A stretch of DNA of 64,000 bases from an uncultured Alphaproteobacteria bacterium (GTDB taxonomy: Bacteria; Pseudomonadota; Alphaproteobacteria; SP197): positions 271-64,270 of the forward strand of contig CALIUG010000081.1 in the NCBI GenBank assembly GCA_938048755.1. Direction: 5' to 3'. The position numbers and the translations under genes are program-made. Below the pieces are notes generated by a model. The model saw only the letters and a list, made by a program, of their open reading frames with translations. It made no database searches and had not been told where the DNA came from. Each line of letters opens with the position of its first letter. The first letter of the stretch is position 1. Below are positions 59,464 to 64,000 of this stretch, in pieces.

Positions 59464-61902
59464 TCACAACTCCGGGGGTGCTCCGGCCAGGACTTCGCGT
59501 TTGCCGACATGGTTGGCGGGGCTGACCACGCCTTCACGCTCGAGCTGTTCGATGATCGTGGCGGCACGGTTATAGCCGATCTTCAGGTGCCGCTGGATGA
59601 AGCTGGTCGAGGCTTTCTGTTCCTTGGTCACCAGGAACACGGCCTGATCATATAGCGCCTGATCCTTGTCACCGCCATCGGCAAAGCCGCCCACGCCACC
59701 CATATCGGTGGGCATCTCGAAGGGTTCTTCGGTGACGGACTCAATGTAGTCGGGCTCGCCTTGGCTTCTCAGGAATTCGGCGACCTGCTGGACCTCGTCG
59801 TCGCCCACAAAGGGTCCGTGAATACGGGTCAGGCGGCCGCCGCCACGCATGAACAGCATGTCGCCCTTGCCCAGCAACTGCTCGGCACCCTGTTCGCCGA
59901 TGATGGTGCGGCTGTCGATCTTGGACGTGACATGGAAGCTGATGCGGCTTGGGAAGTTTGCCTTGATCGTACCGGTGATGACATCGACCGAGGGGCGTTG
60001 CGTGGCCATGATGAGGTGGATGCCCGCAGCACGTGCCATCTGTGCCAGGCGCTGGATCGCACCTTCGATGTCACGTCCCGCGACCAGCATCAGATCGGCC
60101 ATCTCGTCAACGATGACCACGATGAAGGGCAGTTTCTTCTCGGCGATCATCTCTTCTTCAAAGACCGGCTCGCCCGATTCCGCGTTGAAGCCGGTCTGGA
60201 CCGCGCGGGTCAGCGGCAGCCCCTTGGCGAGCGACTCTTCGATACGCTTGTTGAAGCCGTCAATGTTGCGCACGCCGACCTTCTGCATGGCACGGTAACG
60301 CTGCTCCATCTCGCGCACGGTCCATTTCAGCGCCATCACGGCCTTGCCCGGTTCCGTGACCACGGGGGTCAGCAGATGGGGAATGTCGTCATAGACACTG
60401 AGTTCCAGCATCTTGGGATCGATCATGATCATGCGGCATTCTTCCGGCGTCATGCGGTAGAGCAGCGACAGGATCATGGCGTTGACCGCGACCGACTTGC
60501 CCGAACCTGTGGTCCCCGCGACCAGCAGATGCGGCATGTTGGCCAGGTCCTCGATCACCGGTGCGCCGGAGATTTCCTTGCCCAGGGCAATGGGGAGCTT
60601 CAGGCCCTGTTTCTTGTAATCCCTGCATTCCATCAGCTCGCGCAACGCAACCGTCTCGCGGTCCTTGTTGGGAAGCTCGATGCCCAGAACCGTGCGGCCG
60701 GGCACCACGGCGACGCGGGCAGAGATGGCCGACATGTTCCGCGCAATGTCGTCGGCCAGGCCGATCACGCGGCTGGCGCGGATGCCTGCTTCGGGCTCGA
60801 GCTCGTACATGGTCACGACCGGACCGGGACGCACATCGGCAATCTCGCCACGGATGCCGAAATCCGAAAGCACGCCTTCGAGCATGCGCGCGTTCTGTTC
60901 CAGCCCCTCTTCGTCCACCTGCTTGCGCGTGGAATGATCGACCTCGGTCAGGAGTTCGATGGCAGGAAGACTGAACCCATCGGAAGGATCAAAGGCAAAG
61001 GCGGTCTGCTTGGGCGCCTTGCGACGGGTCTTGCCCGGCGTATCGGCGCGCGGCTTGACGCGACCCTTGGCGGCAGGTTTCTCCGGCTCGGCAACCCTGC
61101 GCGGCGCAGCCGTTGCGGTGACGGTGGCAGGCTCCTCGTCTTCTTCTTCCTCATACCAGGCCTCTTCGTCGTCCTCACGGACGTCTTCGGTTTCCTCTGG
61201 TCTGCGGGCAAACCGCTCGCGCAGATCAGACAGCATCTGGGGAACGGTTTCACGCAGAGCGGGCAGACCGTCGCGTGCCTTCTCAAAGGACCACTGCCAG
61301 GCTGTGCGCAGCGCACGTCCCAGGGTGGCAAGATCGGTCCAGGGCAGCGCCGTGGCAAAGGCAAAGGCGGCCAGTCCCGGCAAGGCAAGGGCCAGCACGA
61401 CCCAGCCGACCGCCAGGTCGGCAATCAGGGGAACCTTGATCATCGCGGTTGCGATCAGCGCCCCGGCCAGACCACCGGGTCCGGCGGGCAGGCCATCGGC
61501 GCCGGGCCAGGCCGCCAGAGTCATTGCAGGGCAGATCAGCAACAGGGCAATGGGCGTCATGACCAGACGCCATGCCGGATTCGGCAGGGCATGGCGCACG
61601 ATCAGGCGGCGTGCCCAGGCAAACAAGATCAACGATGGCAGATAGGCTGCGACCCCAAGCCAGGTGAAGGCCAGATCGGAGGTGAACGCGCCCAGCAGCC
61701 CCGCCATGTTGGCGGGCGCGGCATTGGTCGCGTGATTGAACGAGGGGTCGGCAGCGTCATAGGTAAAGAGCGCCAGCAGAAGCCAACCCGCCGTCAGGGC
61801 ACAGGCGATGCCCAGGGTCTCGATGGCGCGCAGGCGCATCCAGGCTGCGGCCTGGGGAGGCAGAAACTGAAAACTGAAGTTCGGTGCGCTACGGGTTGCC
61901 AT
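59464..61902 (-). CDS. ftsK: DNA translocase FtsK
   Basis: N-terminal TMs, [43 protein letters not shown], gamma domain [12 protein letters not shown]. Confidence 0.98.
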   Translation of the reverse strand: MATRSAPNFSFQFLPPQAAAWMRLRAIETLGIACALTAGWLLLALFTYDAADPSFNHATNAAPANMAGLLGAFTSDLAFTWLGVAAYLPSLILFAWARRLIVRHALPNPAWRLVMTPIALLLICPAMTLAAWPGADGLPAGPGGLAGALIATAMIKVPLIADLAVGWVVLALALPGLAAFAFATALPWTDLATLGRALRTAWQWSFEKARDGLPALRETVPQMLSDLRERFARRPEETEDVREDDEEAWYEEEEDEEPATVTATAAPRRVAEPEKPAAKGRVKPRADTPGKTRRKAPKQTAFAFDPSDGFSLPAIELLTEVDHSTRKQVDEEGLEQNARMLEGVLSDFGIRGEIADVRPGPVVTMYELEPEAGIRASRVIGLADDIARNMSAISARVAVVPGRTVLGIELPNKDRETVALRELMECRDYKKQGLKLPIALGKEISGAPVIEDLANMPHLLVAGTTGSGKSVAVNAMILSLLYRMTPEECRMIMIDPKMLELSVYDDIPHLLTPVVTEPGKAVMALKWTVREMEQRYRAMQKVGVRNIDGFNKRIEESLAKGLPLTRAVQTGFNAESGEPVFEEEMIAEKKLPFIVVIVDEMADLMLVAGRDIEGAIQRLAQMARAAGIHLIMATQRPSVDVITGTIKANFPSRISFHVTSKIDSRTIIGEQGAEQLLGKGDMLFMRGGGRLTRIHGPFVGDDEVQQVAEFLRSQGEPDYIESVTEEPFEMPTDMGGVGGFADGGDKDQALYDQAVFLVTKEQKASTSFIQRHLKIGYNRAATIIEQLEREGVVSPANHVGKREVLAGAPPEL

Positions 61903-61960
61903 GATCAGGCTCGCTTGCTGGAAAGATGCGAAAATCGGGAAAGATGCATGTGCCACGCCA

Positions 61961-63151
61961 TCACAGGGTCTCGGCAATGCGGGTCAGAGCAGTCCGGGTG
62001 GTCTCGAGATCGCTCACCAGGGCAACGCGGATGAATTCGGCAGCTTCGTTGCTGCCGTCGGGCATGTCTTCGGCCAGGTAGCGGCCGGGCAGCACCTTCA
62101 CGGCAGCCTCGCCCCACAGGCGTTTGGAGGCCTCGATGCCGTCGCCGACATCCAGCCACAGGAAAAACCCGCCCGGCGGGCGATAGAATCCGAAGCGGTT
62201 ACCCAGAATGCGCTCAGCAATGTCGATCTTCTCGCGATAAAGACGCCGGTTCTCGGCCACATGGGCCTCATCGGACCACAAGACATCGGCGGCGGCATAG
62301 TGGGACATGGAACTCGACGCCGCGGCGTATTTGCGCAGGCGCAGAAAGGCTTCCAGGAAGGCGGGATCACCGGCGACAAAGCCGTGACGCAGGCCGGGAA
62401 CGCTGGAACGCTTGGACAGCGAATGGAAGCACACGACGTTGGAAAGGTCGTTGTCGGCAGCACAGATTTCCATCACGCCCGACGGTGGTTCACGGTCGTA
62501 GATTTCCGCGTAACATTCGTCGGAAACCAGCAGAAAATCGTGCTTTCTGGCCAGATCGACGGCGCGCCGGTAATAGGCAAGATCAGCCACCGTGCCCTGG
62601 GGATTGGCCGGTGAACACAGATAGAAGATCGCCGTTCGCTCCAGCACGTCGGGCGTCAGGGCATCCAGATCGGGCAGGAAGTTGGTTTCGCGCCTGCAGG
62701 ACAGGAACACCGGTTCCGCACCGGCACAGACCGCTCCGCCCTTATAGGGCTGGTAGAACGGGTTGGGCAGAAGGGCAACCGGGGTCTTGCTGCCTTTGGC
62801 ACGCGGCACGGCGGCCAGCGCGATCATGAAGAGGCCCTCGCGCGTGCCCTGAACCGGCAGGATGGCGCGATCCGGGTCAATCAGGGTGTCGGGCAGGCCG
62901 TAACGCCGGTTCAGCCAGCCCGCCATGGTGCGGCCCAGGGCTGGCGTGCCTTCGATCGGGGGGTAGATCCCGTAACCGTCAAAGCTGCCTGAAAGCGCCT
63001 CGCGGGCAATCTCGGGAACGCCGTGTTTGGGTTCGCCGATCCACATAGGGATGGCATCAGCGTGTCCATCCGGCAAGGGAATGTCCTTCACCAGAGCGTT
63101 CATGCGCCAGAACGGATAGTCCTGAAGGTCGTTCAGCTTGTCGCTGATCAT
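61961..63151 (-). CDS. Class I/II aminotransferase (DapC-like succinyldiaminopimelate transaminase candidate)
   Basis: [48 protein letters not shown]. Confidence 0.88.
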   Translation of the reverse strand: MISDKLNDLQDYPFWRMNALVKDIPLPDGHADAIPMWIGEPKHGVPEIAREALSGSFDGYGIYPPIEGTPALGRTMAGWLNRRYGLPDTLIDPDRAILPVQGTREGLFMIALAAVPRAKGSKTPVALLPNPFYQPYKGGAVCAGAEPVFLSCRRETNFLPDLDALTPDVLERTAIFYLCSPANPQGTVADLAYYRRAVDLARKHDFLLVSDECYAEIYDREPPSGVMEICAADNDLSNVVCFHSLSKRSSVPGLRHGFVAGDPAFLEAFLRLRKYAAASSSMSHYAAADVLWSDEAHVAENRRLYREKIDIAERILGNRFGFYRPPGGFFLWLDVGDGIEASKRLWGEAAVKVLPGRYLAEDMPDGSNEAAEFIRVALVSDLETTRTALTRIAETL

Positions 63152-63255
63152 GGAAATACCCCGCCGTTGGATGGCGAGCTTAACATGATGATCAAACGAA
63201 ATCCAAAAAAATCGTTGTCTCTCGCAGACTTATAGCCGTTCCTTGGACTCGTCTG

Positions 63256-63555
63256 TCAATCCGACAGGCGTGTTTCCAGATCCATCGCCTGATGCAGGAC
63301 TCGGACGATCTCGATCCGTGAGGACTCCGCGTAGCGATAGAATATGATGTGCGAGCCGCAGGGTTGCTTGCGGTAACCCGTTCGGATGTCGCTCGCATCC
63401 CGCCCCTTGCGCTTTCCATTGGCAAGGTCATTGCAGGCATCGCGAAGTTGCAGGAGGTAACGCTCTGCCTGGCTCAGGCCCCAGCGTTCCAAGGTGAAGT
63501 CATAAATCGATTCGATGTCGGCAAGGGCGCCAGGCGTGAACCTCAGTTCAGCCAT
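63256..63555 (-). CDS. parE: ParE-family toxin
   Basis: TP.A..D...I..FT..RWG..QA..Y, IRTGYR, H.IFYR, IVRVLH..MD. Confidence 0.93.
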   Translation of the reverse strand: MAELRFTPGALADIESIYDFTLERWGLSQAERYLLQLRDACNDLANGKRKGRDASDIRTGYRKQPCGSHIIFYRYAESSRIEIVRVLHQAMDLETRLSD

Positions 63556-63799
63556 TTGGGGCGTCTTGGGCCCGTTTTTGTGTCAGAAACCTATCGAAAT
63601 CGAAGTCTGTTGCGACGCCGCTTTCTTCACCCTCGATCAGGGCTGAACGCAGGGCGCTGAGCTTGGCCTCATGCTCCTCGAGCATCCGCAGGCCGGCGCG
63701 CACAACCTCGCTGGTTGAACCGTAACGACCGTTGGCAACCTGCGAACCGACAAACCGATTGAAGTGATCACCCAGAATCACTGATGTGTTCTTGCTCAT
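63548..63799 (-). CDS. parD: ParD-family RHH antitoxin
   Basis: MSKNTSV.LG.HF..F...[29 protein letters not shown]. Confidence 0.95.
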   Translation of the reverse strand: MSKNTSVILGDHFNRFVGSQVANGRYGSTSEVVRAGLRMLEEHEAKLSALRSALIEGEESGVATDFDFDRFLTQKRAQDAPNG

Positions 63800-63823
63800 G
63801 ACCTGACTCCCTGCATCTGCGAG

Positions 63824-63832
63824 ATTATATCA
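63824..63832 (-). promoter_or_regulatory. Extended -10 promoter of parDE
   Basis: Minus strand TG-A-TATAAT about 25 bp upstream of the parD ATG; AGGGAG RBS. Confidence 0.65.
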
Positions 63833-63885
63833 TAACACATGGTACTACACAGCATTCCTGTCGCCCGGTCAGAGAGGCAAATGCG

Positions 63886-64000
63886 TTACTTCGCTTGCCC
63901 CTTGATCCGCTCGCGGTGCCAGACGTAGAGGCCCGCGCCGATGATGACGGCGATGCCGGCCCAGGACCAGCCATCGGGGAAGGTACCGAAGATCAGCAGG
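63886..64000 (-). CDS. EamA/DMT-family transporter, 3' end (partial)
   Basis: Manual translation LLIFGTFPDGWSWAGIAVIIGAGLYVWHRERIKGQAK*. Confidence 0.8.
   Translation of the reverse strand, partial: LLIFGTFPDGWSWAGIAVIIGAGLYVWHRERIKGQAK

Noticed and set aside
59761-62034. 757 aa ORF antisense to ftsK (and similar long antisense ORFs over leuS, metK, miaB and the porins)
   Set aside because: Shadow frames expected from high-GC codon bias; no recognisable motifs, and they fully overlap well-supported genes

Overview
High-GC alphaproteobacterial chromosome (gene order most like Rhodospirillales-type genomes) spanning the replication origin. From left to right: purH (partial), a pair of paralogous secreted proteins, rho-hemJ-hemH-hemE, a candidate oriC (~6.1-6.47 kb; DnaA-box-like 9-mers, six GANTC sites), PSRP-maf-aroE-coaE-dnaQ, a tandem quinone oxidoreductase pair, mnmE-mnmG-rsmG-parA-parB with four perfect parS sites, and leuS-lptE-holA extended by a VOC gene and an Stf0-type sulfotransferase. 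Next come two near-identical porin genes and the most striking feature: an apparently single operon of nine tandem, intact, diverged cytosolic-SULT-like (PAPS-dependent) sulfotransferases (30.4-38.0 kb) running into yggS. After that are a small DUF5678-like/retropepsin-like protease module, trpS, the conserved trmB-metK-lnt-corC-ybeY-phoH-miaB-olsA-olsB-fur block, a tsaB-rimI fusion, cell-wall enzymes, nfuA, USP, a TauE/SafE operon, ftsK, a class I aminotransferase and a ParDE toxin-antitoxin pair. No rRNA, tRNA, CRISPR or transposase was recognised. All calls come from reading motifs by eye; no database searches were run, and several start codons are best guesses.
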